Of a DNA stretch of 64,000 bases, positions 16,749 to 27,775 are shown piece by piece. The DNA comes from Bacteroidia bacterium. GTDB taxonomy: Bacteria; Bacteroidota; Bacteroidia; NS11-12g; UBA9320. The stretch is from the NCBI GenBank assembly GCA_965216465.1, contig CBDCFW010000006.1, positions 448,001 through 512,000 on the forward strand. Reading direction: 5' to 3'. A program made the position numbers and the translations under genes. Every line of letters starts with the position of its first letter. Positions within the stretch are counted from its first letter, which is position 1. The notes under the pieces are model-generated. The model saw only the letters and a program-made list of their open reading frames with translations, had not been told where the DNA came from and did not search any database.

Positions 16749-17504
16749 TCATGGATAAACCTTATCATCAAAATGGAGTTTCCAGTCAAAATATGAAGGC
16801 TCACCACCAACGTATTCTATATTGTCTTCGGGCCAAAGTTGAGTATAGTGCTTGAGCCATACCCCCTCATAAATATTAGTAAAGTCGTTTACAACCTGCT
16901 TGACCAGTTCTAAATCATGTTTTCTATAGATAGAATTGTCAGTATACTCTGACAATATTACGCCATCATAGAAGTCATCACCTGCGTTTGCCATAAAATC
17001 CGCCATCAGATATTCATAGTACTGCCCATCACTTGGATCTTTCTTAACTGAATAATATCTTTTCAACTGAGTGTCAAACCTTATCCAACCAGACTTTGCA
17101 TTACGAATATAACTTGTATCCGTTTCTAAATTAGACCAATTGTGTTTTATTCTTTTACTATTAGCTCTTAGTACTTTGTATTCTTTAATCTGCTCACTCA
17201 TAGTGTCGGCTAAATCTCTAGAGCTAGTATAGTTAAAAACAATCTCCTTAGTGGTCAAATCTTCTGTTCCATCGAAGTAGAATGTGTCAAAAAATGCTAA
17301 CGTATACTCGATAACCCCTGAAGGAGGGTTAGTATAGTTTCTTGGACTATCAATATATGTCCAATAAGCGTCTTCCATTGGATAAAAATCGAATGGTGGA
17401 TCTAAGTCAACATTATCTTTATCTTTACATGCTTCAAATGCAAGAATGATAGTTGTCGCAACCACTATCTTAACAAATAAACAATTTCGTTTAAGTATTC
17501 CCAT
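16749..17504 (-). CDS. Putative lipoprotein
   Basis: Hydrophobic segment ending AFEAC followed by KDKD. Overlaps the upstream gene end. Confidence 0.65.
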   Translation of the reverse strand: MGILKRNCLFVKIVVATTIILAFEACKDKDNVDLDPPFDFYPMEDAYWTYIDSPRNYTNPPSGVIEYTLAFFDTFYFDGTEDLTTKEIVFNYTSSRDLADTMSEQIKEYKVLRANSKRIKHNWSNLETDTSYIRNAKSGWIRFDTQLKRYYSVKKDPSDGQYYEYLMADFMANAGDDFYDGVILSEYTDNSIYRKHDLELVKQVVNDFTNIYEGVWLKHYTQLWPEDNIEYVGGEPSYFDWKLHFDDKVYP

Positions 17505-20302
17505 TTATCACTATTGGTTTTTGCACGTATTAAAACAGAATAAGTTCCCTGAGTTGCCTCTTCTCCATCTATAGTTCCGTCCCAGTACGAGTTTTCCTCA
17601 TCAAATACTTTTTCACCCCAAAAATTGTAGATCGTTAATCTATAATTTTTGACTCCAAGTACAATGGGCTTAAAATAATCATTAATTCCATCACCATTTG
17701 GGGTAAAAGAGTTCGGTACGAAGATAGTGGGATTATATGGCACAAATATCACGTTACTGTAACTTTGCTCTCCCGTATTTAGGTTGTTAGCTTCAATTCT
17801 ATAATTTAGCCCCAACTTCTCATCGGGAATAATAAAATCAGTAAAGGAACGGTCTCCAAATCCGCACATTCTCCACAATAAATCAGCGTCACTTCTACCA
17901 ACCTTATGGTCTACTAAATCAGTAGACCAATTTGAATCTATGTTCCATAATAATTCCACCCTTGAATTATCATTACCCATTTGTCCGTTTAAGACTATGT
18001 TATTACTAGCTTCACTTCTATTACTATAAGCACCACACAAGTTTTCAGCAACTACAACATAAGTATTCTTATCTGTGACTTCAGCCCGCTCATCTATGTA
18101 TTCCAAATCTAATGTGGAATCAATCATTTCATCGTTCCTATAAATGAGATACTTGCGTGTATAATCTAGCTTGTCCCATTTCACTTTTATCCTATTGTCT
18201 TCTACCGTCACCTTTTTAATCACAACAAGATCGGACGAGTTAAAACTCTGCCTAACATGGATAAAGCTCGAATCTATAGATACGCACCCTGTTGACCCAT
18301 AAAGCAATTGATAAATTTTAACTTGGTCTGAGCCCGTGGTGTTTTCATTAAATGTATGTTCATCTTCACCTGAAAAGCTTAATGATCTATCTGAATTACC
18401 CCATATATATACCGCACTATCAACGTCAGACAAGTACTTCATTTTAACAGAGATTTGTAAAGGAGTGCACCCTCCTGTATCACTTAGAATCATTCCAGGT
18501 CTAGGTGCTGGAATAACTTTGATTTGGCTTGTTGAATCTAAGATGTCAGTACAATACCCATCATTAACTTCAAGCAAAATTGGGAACGATCCTATAGTGT
18601 TAAAAATTTTGTGTGTTTCACTCGGGATATCTTCAATTGAGGAGTAACTAAACATGCTATCAGTGCCATCTCCATAGATAAACCTATAAGTTATAGGTCT
18701 TCCTTTAAACTCCACTCTTGATAAATCCCTAATTGTGGTGAAACTCCATTGACATGTTTGAGAGTCTCTTAAAGAAATCTGAGCATGCGGTTTAAAATGT
18801 TTAAAGGAAATTGAAACAGTATCTAAAAACCATCTTGAATATCCCTTTTCTGTATAAGCAATAAGTTTTACAGATTTGGTTCTTGTCTCAGTTAATTTTA
18901 ATCTTACGGCATCTCCAACTAAAGTGTCGGTCTTATTAATTACCCAAACATAATGCCTAAAGAAGGTTGTATCGGCATTTTGACGAAGTAAAAGTATACT
19001 GTCGCAGGTTTGTTCGCTTGTGAATCCAAGATTTGCGTATCGATGTAGACCCTGTTGCGTGTGGCCATACACTCTTATGTTCCTTGTAAGATAACCTCCT
19101 TTAATAGTTCCGTTTTCAATGTCTCCTTCTATGGTGTAGGTCTCAATATTTATAATATCTCCTGAAACATAGTCTTTGTCAAGATAACCATGTAAATAGT
19201 CATTTCCTTCAGTATGCGAGCTCCATGCACTAAACATTAATTTACCATTAGGAGAAAAATGAAAATTTGAAAGCTCATAGAAAGACTCTAATCTTCTAGA
19301 TGGGGTCATTTTGATGTTACGTGCCTTGTCAGAATCTAAGTCGTATAAAAGCAATGAATTTATATGATCTTTTGACCCTGAAGTCAAATTCGAATTAACC
19401 GCACCAAGGACTAGTTTATCTTCAAAATTATTGAGGAAAGTGAAATCTTGAATTGCATAATATCTAATTCCATCAACAATTTGACTCAAGTTGTTATACT
19501 TGAAGGTGTTTCCTGTTCTAATAAACTCTCCGGTTTCTTGATTAAAAGTAAAAAAATCAATGAAATTATCCTGATTTGATGACAAATTGTGACTTTTAAC
19601 ATACCTCAAAGCAAAAGTTTTTCCAGATTTTGAAAAACGTGAAGTGATAGCTGTGTTAACATATTGATTGAATCCATCTATGCTTGTTGCAATTGGTGAA
19701 TTGATTCCTTCAGAATCAATTAGGTAAGCATACAATGAGTCAAGACGTTGAGTTACGAGCCATACATCCTTTTTGTTTCGATGCCATGTAAAGGATAGTG
19801 TATTGTCATCGGTATAATTAAGCTCAACTTCATCAGAGACATTCTCTGCATTCTTAGTTGCATCTATTATGAAATAGGAAAGTCCTTTTTCATATTGTAA
19901 ATCTCCATGTTGACCCTTATATCCTCCACTTACAAAAAGATAGAACAAATTATCACCTTTGTGAAGCAAGTAAATTGAATTACTCGAATAATCTGATGGA
20001 TGCAAATCACGAACTTCTATAACATCAATTAAACTCATTTCAGAGTTGTAGATTCTAAGTTTAACAAAATCATTCTCGAACAACAAGGGTATAACGTATA
20101 AAGCTATAGACCCATCGGCATTTCCTACAATATGTCCTTCAAGATTAGGGGTCTCATACCCTTGCAAATTAAGATTCGCATTTGGGATGATAGAATCTCC
20201 AACCCATTTGCAAGGTCGATTTTCTAGAAAATAATCATACCGCTGTGCTTTGCACCCAAGTGCATAAAAAAGAATAAGAGATATGATAAAATGTAACCGC
20301 AT
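17465..20302 (-). CDS. T9SS type B CTD (gliding-motility-associated C-terminal domain) protein with beta-propeller/PKD/Fn3-like modules
   Basis: Signal peptide. C-terminal 'IFVPNSFTPNGDGINDYF…IYNFWGEKVF…WDG…GTY'. Confidence 0.88.
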   Translation of the reverse strand: MRLHFIISLILFYALGCKAQRYDYFLENRPCKWVGDSIIPNANLNLQGYETPNLEGHIVGNADGSIALYVIPLLFENDFVKLRIYNSEMSLIDVIEVRDLHPSDYSSNSIYLLHKGDNLFYLFVSGGYKGQHGDLQYEKGLSYFIIDATKNAENVSDEVELNYTDDNTLSFTWHRNKKDVWLVTQRLDSLYAYLIDSEGINSPIATSIDGFNQYVNTAITSRFSKSGKTFALRYVKSHNLSSNQDNFIDFFTFNQETGEFIRTGNTFKYNNLSQIVDGIRYYAIQDFTFLNNFEDKLVLGAVNSNLTSGSKDHINSLLLYDLDSDKARNIKMTPSRRLESFYELSNFHFSPNGKLMFSAWSSHTEGNDYLHGYLDKDYVSGDIINIETYTIEGDIENGTIKGGYLTRNIRVYGHTQQGLHRYANLGFTSEQTCDSILLLRQNADTTFFRHYVWVINKTDTLVGDAVRLKLTETRTKSVKLIAYTEKGYSRWFLDTVSISFKHFKPHAQISLRDSQTCQWSFTTIRDLSRVEFKGRPITYRFIYGDGTDSMFSYSSIEDIPSETHKIFNTIGSFPILLEVNDGYCTDILDSTSQIKVIPAPRPGMILSDTGGCTPLQISVKMKYLSDVDSAVYIWGNSDRSLSFSGEDEHTFNENTTGSDQVKIYQLLYGSTGCVSIDSSFIHVRQSFNSSDLVVIKKVTVEDNRIKVKWDKLDYTRKYLIYRNDEMIDSTLDLEYIDERAEVTDKNTYVVVAENLCGAYSNRSEASNNIVLNGQMGNDNSRVELLWNIDSNWSTDLVDHKVGRSDADLLWRMCGFGDRSFTDFIIPDEKLGLNYRIEANNLNTGEQSYSNVIFVPYNPTIFVPNSFTPNGDGINDYFKPIVLGVKNYRLTIYNFWGEKVFDEENSYWDGTIDGEEATQGTYSVLIRAKTNSDKWEYLNEIVYLLR

Positions 20303-20305
20303 ATT

Positions 20306-23300
20306 TTAACGAATTACCATCGCCTTCATTGACTTTAGTCGAACTCCAAATGAGTCCATAACGTTCACATAGTACAATCCTGAAGATAGCCCAGTGAAAT
20401 CTAGAACTATGCTTCCTGTACCAACAAAGTTATTACTTGTAGTGATAACATTCCCAATTTGATCGACAATTTCATACTTGCACTGTTGATTTTTAGAGGC
20501 AAACTTAAGCACCATCAAACCAGTTGTTGGATTTGGATAAAGACGGAAATCATAATTGTCCACAGCCTTATGATTTAAACCGGTTGAAGAGCTATTTGAA
20601 CTGGAACCGGTGTACTTAAACGTACCTATATTGCTGTAATTCCCAGCCAACAACGCATCAAGCAAGTCACAAGCAATTCTTTTGTCATCTGAATCTCCGT
20701 TCTCCGAGCTACATGAAGCAATCAAATTTACAGTATCACGAGCATAGAATGACTCAATATATTGGTCAAGTAGAGTATTCCCCAATTCCTTTTCTTCTGA
20801 ACTTCGTGAACCCTCACCTCCGCCACTTCCTTCAGGGCAAAATACGTCCTGATATGTTACCCCAGCTGGGTCACAAGTATACGTTGTAGTAGTTGGAGTC
20901 ACAAAATCATCGTATGGTGCGTGAAATAACAACCCTGCTGGATCAAATATCTGATTAACATGATATTTATCCTTATGGTTAATATTGGTTGGATCAAATA
21001 CAAAAGTTGGAAAGATATTAAACAAATTTCCAGGATCTTTAAGATCATGCAGCTGATTACCGATTATCGTGCTTGAACCATTATCATACTCCCAGACTAC
21101 AGGATTAAAATCATAAATATTACAAAGTATCTGAGTTTGAGAGTTATCATCTATTAAATAATTTGCGACCGACTCATATTCTGGATTTGCTGACCCACTA
21201 GGTATTGAACTAGTTATATGATTGTAAATGACTTTTGAAGTTTCTACTCCAAATGTATTATTTGTATGAATGCCTTCTAGCCGCAGTAGCGAAGAGTATT
21301 CTCCAGTGGGGGTAAGTTGCTCAAGGTCACTAAAGTCTATTCTGTTTCCAATGATATTAAGCTCATCTGTTCCAGTTGTATGGATGGCCCTAACAGTATT
21401 GATTGTTGGGTTTAGTTTGAAATCTTGATCACAAGTTACATCAATGTCATAAATAGTAGGATTTGAGTAATCCGAAATTTGAATTGCTGTCGCATTGTTA
21501 TGAAAATCAGCGTCGTAAATTGTTACAATATCACTCGTGTTCTTGCTCCCTGCAGTAAAGGCTTGGACACCGATGTCATAACCCTCAAAATAACAAGGAT
21601 TAGGAATTGAAGGAGCACCACAAGGTTCTACTATAGGAGGATTGGGATCCAATTCTCCAGGATAAACTGACACCGGAGCATCTAGTGCGGAAATGGCTAC
21701 GCCTCTTCCAGTAAATGTTGTTCCTTGATACAACAATTTGTTTTTTGTTGTGTTAATAAACTTGCATCCAACTATCGGAATTGTTGTCACTCCCCATAGT
21801 TTGACATCAACTATCACGCCTGATCCGGCCCTATTTGAATAATTAAGATCTGAATTACTTCTAAATTCACAATTTTCGATGCTACTTATGTTAACATAAG
21901 AATACGGATAGAAACTAACACTGTGCCTGTTGTTTGTAAATTTTGAATCTTTAAGCAAACAAATACCCCCAGAAGTATTAAACGGATTGCCATAAAGATC
22001 ACCCATGGTTATTGCATCTAGTGCATACAATATTTCAGATCCATTACGTATTTCGAGTTGACCATGATTTAAACTTCCGAGTACATGCTGTGAATTTGCA
22101 TCTCCGAGCACTATTATTCCCTTCCATAACTCTTCGCATTTCTTTGTCAGAATTGAATTGTCTATTATGAGCTTACCACCGCTTTCAACAATAATCTTTA
22201 CATCAGGTGCCATTCGCACAAATGAATTGGTGATTTCTAGCACATATCCAGGTAATATCCTAATATCCTGATTTACGGTATGTTGTGAATTTGACCAAGT
22301 AACATAATTCTCAATTTTATATTCTTCTACATTTTTGGGACAACAAGGAAGTCCGCTAGACCATATTCCATTTCCAAAAACAGAGCAATACACTTTCCCA
22401 TTTTTATAATCAACTTCAATATCTTGAATTTTACCACGTGGCAAGCTAGGCTTTTGCTTACCTGAAGGACCATCATTTATTGATTTGTCATATCTCACCC
22501 AATTGCCGGCTCCTCTTCTAAACCATAGGCCATTCATTGTTGCTACAAATAATTCATCTGGGTCATCAATATTGTCAAGAGATTTACTGTTATATTTAAC
22601 CTTTTTAATTTTATAGGCTGAAAAAGGAAACATTCCGTTCCAGTTGGGTCCTGTACCTGAATACCAACCTGATGAGAAGTCGTTGAATTCAACTGACCCT
22701 ATTGCTGCTTTGGCATTTATACTTCTAAGCACAATGCTACGGTCTGTTCCCACTCGATCTTTAATTGCCAAGGTTAAGTAAACAATATTGCCATCATTCT
22801 CATCCAATTCAATATCTGTTATGGCTTGATGCCAGTTTACACCAAGATTTGAACCAACACCTCCTTTTATGTTTGATACATTTACTGCTTCCCAAACAGG
22901 TGAAGTTGCTGTTATATCTAAGCACCTAAACAGTCTACTCCCCCCACTTGGATCTTGACTTAGATAGACATCCCTTAATGCAAGCCACATAACTTCGGGA
23001 GATTCTTCTGAAATAGCAATAGTTTCAACAAGCTTGTTGGTATAGCTAGGGTCTATCATCGTAAAGTCAAATATCGTTACTGGGGTTGTGCCATCTTTTA
23101 TTACTTTCGATCCAGCATCGCTAATGTAAAACAACTCGTCCGAACTGTTAAGGTGAAAGAGTTCCTTGGTTGTTGGCAAAGTTTGTTTTTGAAATGTTGT
23201 TAAACCTTTGTAAGAACCATTATTTTCTATTAGTCTCGCACTACTTCCTGCTGCATAAGCATATTGAAAGTTTTGTTTACCATAAATCGCATCCCAACCA

Positions 23301-25450
23301 TCACCTGTGGATTCATCACTCCAATAATCTGATTCCGTATGCCTTGTAAATATACCAAAGTCTAAATGCCCAAATTTTATATCATTTTCACCATTTATGT
23401 CGAAATTAAATCCGTTAGAACAATGGAGGCCGAAACCATTGATAAATTTAGCAGGTGTTCCTGGGTCTATAGCTGTGACCCCTCCGTCGGAAGCATAAAA
23501 TGCATCTCCTCCTCGTGTATAAATATCTCTAATATCAACATGAATATCAGATCTGTTTATTTCTTCATATTTAACAACACCATTATCTGTATATACAAAT
23601 CCTGAATGCAAGGCCCCACAATAGATATAAGGGTCTTGACCTTGAATTGAAATTCCCTGAATTTTGAACAAACTTGCTTGTGCTCCCGTATTAAAACCAA
23701 AAGTTTTACCTAAATGTTGACTAAACGTTTGGCCTCCATTTGAGCTCTTAGACACATAAAAAGATGGACCAGCATCGGAACAATGAACTATATAGTAGTT
23801 TCCAGTCAATTGATCGACATAGGTGCTGGAACGCCGCAACTCAGGTTGTTTCTTCATTTCTATATCTTTTAATACTATGGGATCAACGCCTGCATATTGG
23901 TTATTTGCTACTGCCTCAAGGACCAAATAGTCGTACTTATTGTTCGCTGGGATTACAAGGGCTATAGTTTCCCCATTTGTGCTCAACAAACTACTGAAAT
24001 TTGATTTGGTAATGGTTTGAATTAGTTGAGTAGAGCTAAAATCAGAATTTGCAAACTTTATTGCAAGTTCACAGTCGTCAGGGAAAGGAAAGTCATCGGG
24101 TTGGAAGTGCAATTTTATTTCATATGAAAGATCTTTTCTAATTTTCATTGAACTAGCCAGTTGATTTCCTTTTCTTTGAGAAGTGTATGTCGAAGACGGT
24201 GTTGTTGTCGGAATTATTTCCAGCACTCTTTGAGGAAATACAGAGCCTGGCCTTGGCTTATTAGAATTCATATGCCATTCTCCAGCAGAGGGGTTTGACA
24301 AAACCACATTTTTCCAAATCTTTTCCAGTATCTCTGCTCTATCATTTCCAAACTTGTTAAACAATTGAACATGAATTGAGGTTGGATAAACAGGCTTTAC
24401 TTTATCCGTAATATCAGTCCAAGAAGTACCAGCTGTTGCAGTTCTAAATACCCTATGCGAGGAAATGATCCAGGTATTGTCAGGATCAGACACATCATAA
24501 TCAAAATCATAAATTAATGATTCAGGATCAAAACCTTGAATTATATTCCAGTTAATTCCACCATCAACTGAGTAAAACAAATCCTTCGACGTGATACACC
24601 AAAGTTTTAATTGATCAGACGGATGAGTTATTATTTTTCGCACAAAACCTTTACCTCCTGTTGCAGGACTTCTTATTGTATTTAGGAAGTTTGATAAATA
24701 TGTCCAAGTAACCCCTCCATCATCAGAACGGAATATCCCTAAACTAAAGGGATTTGATTGCAAAATCCCAAATGGCTCACCTACTGAAATGAAAATATAA
24801 CTTCCATCATAGCTTTCTTCAATATCAAGCACAGCTAGTTCTGGCGGAAATATATCTATTGAGTTTATTGGAGGAGCAAACGGCAGTTCAACTCTAAACG
24901 CTAACTTCTCCCAGCTCTCCCCTCCATTTTCGCTTTTGAAAATACCAGTATTAGATCCAGCATACAAATCTCCAGAACTACTCTTCATTACACAGTTTAT
25001 TCGTCCTATACCATACTGAAGCGATGCAACCTCAACTGATTCCATGGGACCCTCAGCTCTCCAGTTGCTAAAAAAAGCAGGGTTGTCACATTCCTCGGTC
25101 GAAATTGCAGTAGTGCTCATGGTATATGAAGAAAGCTGGTTAAAATCAGTTTCATTTAACATTTCAAATGAAGCGGCATCTATTAAGTGTTCCAATGTTC
25201 CATTACTATCAAGTATGAACTTATTGTGGCTATACCATCTCTCAAAGTATTTATAACCATATGAACTATCATTTGCTAGACTGTCATAATAAACAAAAAA
25301 AGAATCAATCTCAGCAAACTTTTGACTATTCGAACTAGTATCTCCTTCATCAGACAAATAACTTTCATACCAATATTGTGCATTGGCAATAGAGCTTATT
25401 GAGATAAAAAATAGGAATAAATAGAATTTCAGATAATAACGTTTTTTCAT
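20306..25450 (-). CDS. Large T9SS type A CTD protein with BNR/Asp-box beta-propeller and beta-helix-like region
   Basis: Signal peptide from ATG at 25450. Asp-boxes (KSENGGESW, RSDDGGVTW, YSVDGGINW, KSSNGGQTF). C-terminal 'LYPNPT…IVDQIG…LSSGLYYV'. Confidence 0.88.
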   Translation of the reverse strand: MKKRYYLKFYLFLFFISISSIANAQYWYESYLSDEGDTSSNSQKFAEIDSFFVYYDSLANDSSYGYKYFERWYSHNKFILDSNGTLEHLIDAASFEMLNETDFNQLSSYTMSTTAISTEECDNPAFFSNWRAEGPMESVEVASLQYGIGRINCVMKSSSGDLYAGSNTGIFKSENGGESWEKLAFRVELPFAPPINSIDIFPPELAVLDIEESYDGSYIFISVGEPFGILQSNPFSLGIFRSDDGGVTWTYLSNFLNTIRSPATGGKGFVRKIITHPSDQLKLWCITSKDLFYSVDGGINWNIIQGFDPESLIYDFDYDVSDPDNTWIISSHRVFRTATAGTSWTDITDKVKPVYPTSIHVQLFNKFGNDRAEILEKIWKNVVLSNPSAGEWHMNSNKPRPGSVFPQRVLEIIPTTTPSSTYTSQRKGNQLASSMKIRKDLSYEIKLHFQPDDFPFPDDCELAIKFANSDFSSTQLIQTITKSNFSSLLSTNGETIALVIPANNKYDYLVLEAVANNQYAGVDPIVLKDIEMKKQPELRRSSTYVDQLTGNYYIVHCSDAGPSFYVSKSSNGGQTFSQHLGKTFGFNTGAQASLFKIQGISIQGQDPYIYCGALHSGFVYTDNGVVKYEEINRSDIHVDIRDIYTRGGDAFYASDGGVTAIDPGTPAKFINGFGLHCSNGFNFDINGENDIKFGHLDFGIFTRHTESDYWSDESTGDGWDAIYGKQNFQYAYAAGSSARLIENNGSYKGLTTFQKQTLPTTKELFHLNSSDELFYISDAGSKVIKDGTTPVTIFDFTMIDPSYTNKLVETIAISEESPEVMWLALRDVYLSQDPSGGSRLFRCLDITATSPVWEAVNVSNIKGGVGSNLGVNWHQAITDIELDENDGNIVYLTLAIKDRVGTDRSIVLRSINAKAAIGSVEFNDFSSGWYSGTGPNWNGMFPFSAYKIKKVKYNSKSLDNIDDPDELFVATMNGLWFRRGAGNWVRYDKSINDGPSGKQKPSLPRGKIQDIEVDYKNGKVYCSVFGNGIWSSGLPCCPKNVEEYKIENYVTWSNSQHTVNQDIRILPGYVLEITNSFVRMAPDVKIIVESGGKLIIDNSILTKKCEELWKGIIVLGDANSQHVLGSLNHGQLEIRNGSEILYALDAITMGDLYGNPFNTSGGICLLKDSKFTNNRHSVSFYPYSYVNISSIENCEFRSNSDLNYSNRAGSGVIVDVKLWGVTTIPIVGCKFINTTKNKLLYQGTTFTGRGVAISALDAPVSVYPGELDPNPPIVEPCGAPSIPNPCYFEGYDIGVQAFTAGSKNTSDIVTIYDADFHNNATAIQISDYSNPTIYDIDVTCDQDFKLNPTINTVRAIHTTGTDELNIIGNRIDFSDLEQLTPTGEYSSLLRLEGIHTNNTFGVETSKVIYNHITSSIPSGSANPEYESVANYLIDDNSQTQILCNIYDFNPVVWEYDNGSSTIIGNQLHDLKDPGNLFNIFPTFVFDPTNINHKDKYHVNQIFDPAGLLFHAPYDDFVTPTTTTYTCDPAGVTYQDVFCPEGSGGGEGSRSSEEKELGNTLLDQYIESFYARDTVNLIASCSSENGDSDDKRIACDLLDALLAGNYSNIGTFKYTGSSSNSSSTGLNHKAVDNYDFRLYPNPTTGLMVLKFASKNQQCKYEIVDQIGNVITTSNNFVGTGSIVLDFTGLSSGLYYVNVMDSFGVRLKSMKAMVIR

Positions 25451-25653
25451 AGTACAATAAAGTTGATATTCACGGACAGAAATACTGGCCAGTAATTTTT
25501 TTAGTTGTCCAAATCTTACATTATTAAACCACTTTGACTCTATCAAAAAGCACTTAAAATTTGTATGCAAATAGATACATGCAACTATAGGAAAGCATAT
25601 TGCTCTTCATCTGATAAGTTGAGAATACCAACCAAGAATAATGAACTAACTAA

Positions 25654-25896
25654 CTATGCAATCTCAAAAAATAAATAAGAATACAATTTACTATTGATAT
25701 CATACAAGATGATGTGCTCCTTATCCATAAACACTTCATCAACAGCATAGCTCCCTCCTTCCTTAATACAAGAAAGCGTTGTGTTGCTTCTAACATAAAA
25801 AGGACAGACTTTACGTGAAAGCTGCCCTTTTTCGTTTATAACCAGTATGCTCTTGCTATTGAGCCAATATAGGCTCTTTTTAAACGGTTTGCTCAT
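25654..25896 (-). CDS. Small hypothetical protein coupled to the DUF3871 gene
   Basis: TAATG stop/start overlap at 25894-25898. Confidence 0.7.
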   Translation of the reverse strand: MSKPFKKSLYWLNSKSILVINEKGQLSRKVCPFYVRSNTTLSCIKEGGSYAVDEVFMDKEHIILYDINSKLYSYLFFEIA

Positions 25897-26816
25897 TAAT
25901 TTAAATACCAACTGTTGGTTTTGTTAGCTATGGCTTCAGATAAGCTCTGAATACCTTCAAATATGGAAACATTACGATCCAGAATCGTATCGATGTAGCT
26001 TGATTTATTTGCTCCTGTAAAGAGGTTGTATACTCGCCATAAATCGATTGATCCATCATCTGTTCGAGCATGACTTTTATCTTTATAATAGTCTTCAGCT
26101 ACAACAGATAACTGTGAGTCAGTTACACCTAAGTTTGGGATGCCAGATTTTAGGTTTCTAGGCATAGCATTGAACATTTTACCTCTTCCTAAAAGATGTG
26201 CAAACTCAGTTTCGGATAAGACCAACTTGTTCATTTGTTTGTAAGTTGAAAGACTTCGTTCTAGACTAAAAGCTTGAAATAACTGTCTTGCACTTTGAAC
26301 CAACATTTCAGTTGTATTAGCCCTAATTGAAGACATATACCCATCGGTTGAAATACACAGATTAGTACAAACCTGATTCTTGAACCCCACAAACACCTTG
26401 AATTGCTCTAAGTTATCTTTAGTGGAGTACAAATTATCTAAGCTGTAGGATTTAACTCCTCCAATAGATAACTCAAGCACATCATCACCTACTTTAAAGG
26501 TATGTTCTGGAAATGATGCTACCCAAGCCATTCGTTCGTAATACAAAGTTGTCTCATCAGGAAGTAGCTCTTTGGCAGGTTTATGTTTTGCTGAAGCTAT
26601 TCTACCTTTTATTGGATGACTAACTCTAACTAAAGGTTCAGAACTAGATCCAAATAAACCTTTTGCTCCATCTAAAACACCATCAATAAACTGATGATGA
26701 GCAATACAAGGCTCGTTGTCCTTGATGTGTACTGGAATGAGGTGTTCTTGTTCTATCTCAGCTAGATCCATTTCAATGGTATTGGCTGTTATAAACTGAT
26801 TGTACTTATTAGACAT
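25896..26816 (-). CDS. DUF3871-family protein
   Basis: 'FITANT…HLIPV..KDNE..IAH', 'RVSHPIKGR', 'YYERMA', 'GFKNQVCTNLCISTDG', 'YNLFTGANKSSYID'. Confidence 0.8.
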   Translation of the reverse strand: MSNKYNQFITANTIEMDLAEIEQEHLIPVHIKDNEPCIAHHQFIDGVLDGAKGLFGSSSEPLVRVSHPIKGRIASAKHKPAKELLPDETTLYYERMAWVASFPEHTFKVGDDVLELSIGGVKSYSLDNLYSTKDNLEQFKVFVGFKNQVCTNLCISTDGYMSSIRANTTEMLVQSARQLFQAFSLERSLSTYKQMNKLVLSETEFAHLLGRGKMFNAMPRNLKSGIPNLGVTDSQLSVVAEDYYKDKSHARTDDGSIDLWRVYNLFTGANKSSYIDTILDRNVSIFEGIQSLSEAIANKTNSWYLN

Positions 26817-27687
26817 GATTCACCCCCCTTTCATCTTCAAAGCTTTGAACTGGTGTATTGTTTATTGCTGAGTTTGTATGCTCAAGCTCTCTTCTTCTTG
26901 AAGTAAATGCATCTTTAAACTGTTTTTGCTTTCCTGGATTGTCTTTGTAAAGCAGCATAAGTTCCTTCATCGTTTTAGATGCAGTTATCTGCTCTTTAAA
27001 TGAAGGCTCTTTTTCTCCTGAATTACACCAAGCCAGTATCTGCTCTCCAGTTGCATTATCGATCACAAAAGGTGGCTTATCTACAAACAAACCCGTTCGG
27101 TCTTTAGAAGCCGTTATATAATGCTTAATGTCGATATCAAATACAATGGTGAACTCATAATCGACCCCATCTCGTTGAACGACCTTTAATCCTACCTTTT
27201 CAGGGACGTATTTGCCATTCTTTTGATTGAGCACATAATCTTGTTTAGTTCTGAGCGTAGCTACAATATGCAGATCAGCACTTAAGATCTTTTGAATCAA
27301 AGCATTTTGTCTTGGAGTTATTTTACTCCAATTAGTAAAGGAGTTACCAGCCATTGCACTGTGTTGTTCAAGCAAGTATTCCCAGCAGTGAGACAGTGAA
27401 TCAATGATCAGTACTTTGATGCCTTTGCTTTCAGCTAGTTCAATTGCTTGGATATATCGTTCTGGAGAATAAGGGGGAGTAAGCGTTATTACGTTGTAAG
27501 CTCCTAAATGAGCATATAAATCACTTGAACCGTTTTCTGTATCAATAACAGCTATTTGGTTCCAGTCTTCTGTCATTCCTTTAGCTAAAAGAAGAGAAGA
27601 ATATGTCTTACCAGAGCCACTAGGCCCTGCTATACCAAGCTTAATCTTGGCTTGTTTTCTATTGGATTTTCTAAATTGTAAATTCAT
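26809..27687 (-). CDS. AAA-family ATPase (AAA_24/Sak4-like)
   Basis: 'GPSGSGKTYSSL', 'IDTENGS', 'IIDSLSHCW', 'QRDGVDYEFT…SKDRT'. Confidence 0.85.
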   Translation of the reverse strand: MNLQFRKSNRKQAKIKLGIAGPSGSGKTYSSLLLAKGMTEDWNQIAVIDTENGSSDLYAHLGAYNVITLTPPYSPERYIQAIELAESKGIKVLIIDSLSHCWEYLLEQHSAMAGNSFTNWSKITPRQNALIQKILSADLHIVATLRTKQDYVLNQKNGKYVPEKVGLKVVQRDGVDYEFTIVFDIDIKHYITASKDRTGLFVDKPPFVIDNATGEQILAWCNSGEKEPSFKEQITASKTMKELMLLYKDNPGKQKQFKDAFTSRRRELEHTNSAINNTPVQSFEDERGVNHV

Positions 27688-27719
27688 AATTTTAATTATT
27701 ATTAATAATTCTAATTATT

Positions 27720-27751
27720 AAAAAAGGAGCAGCCAATACGACCACTCCTTT
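27720..27751 (-). terminator. Terminator-like hairpin between the 27776-28123 gene and the AAA gene
   Basis: Minus strand AAAGGAGTGGTCG-TAT-TGGCTGCTCCTTTTTT. Confidence 0.65.
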
Positions 27752-27775
27752 AATTAATGCATGAAAGTATGGAAA

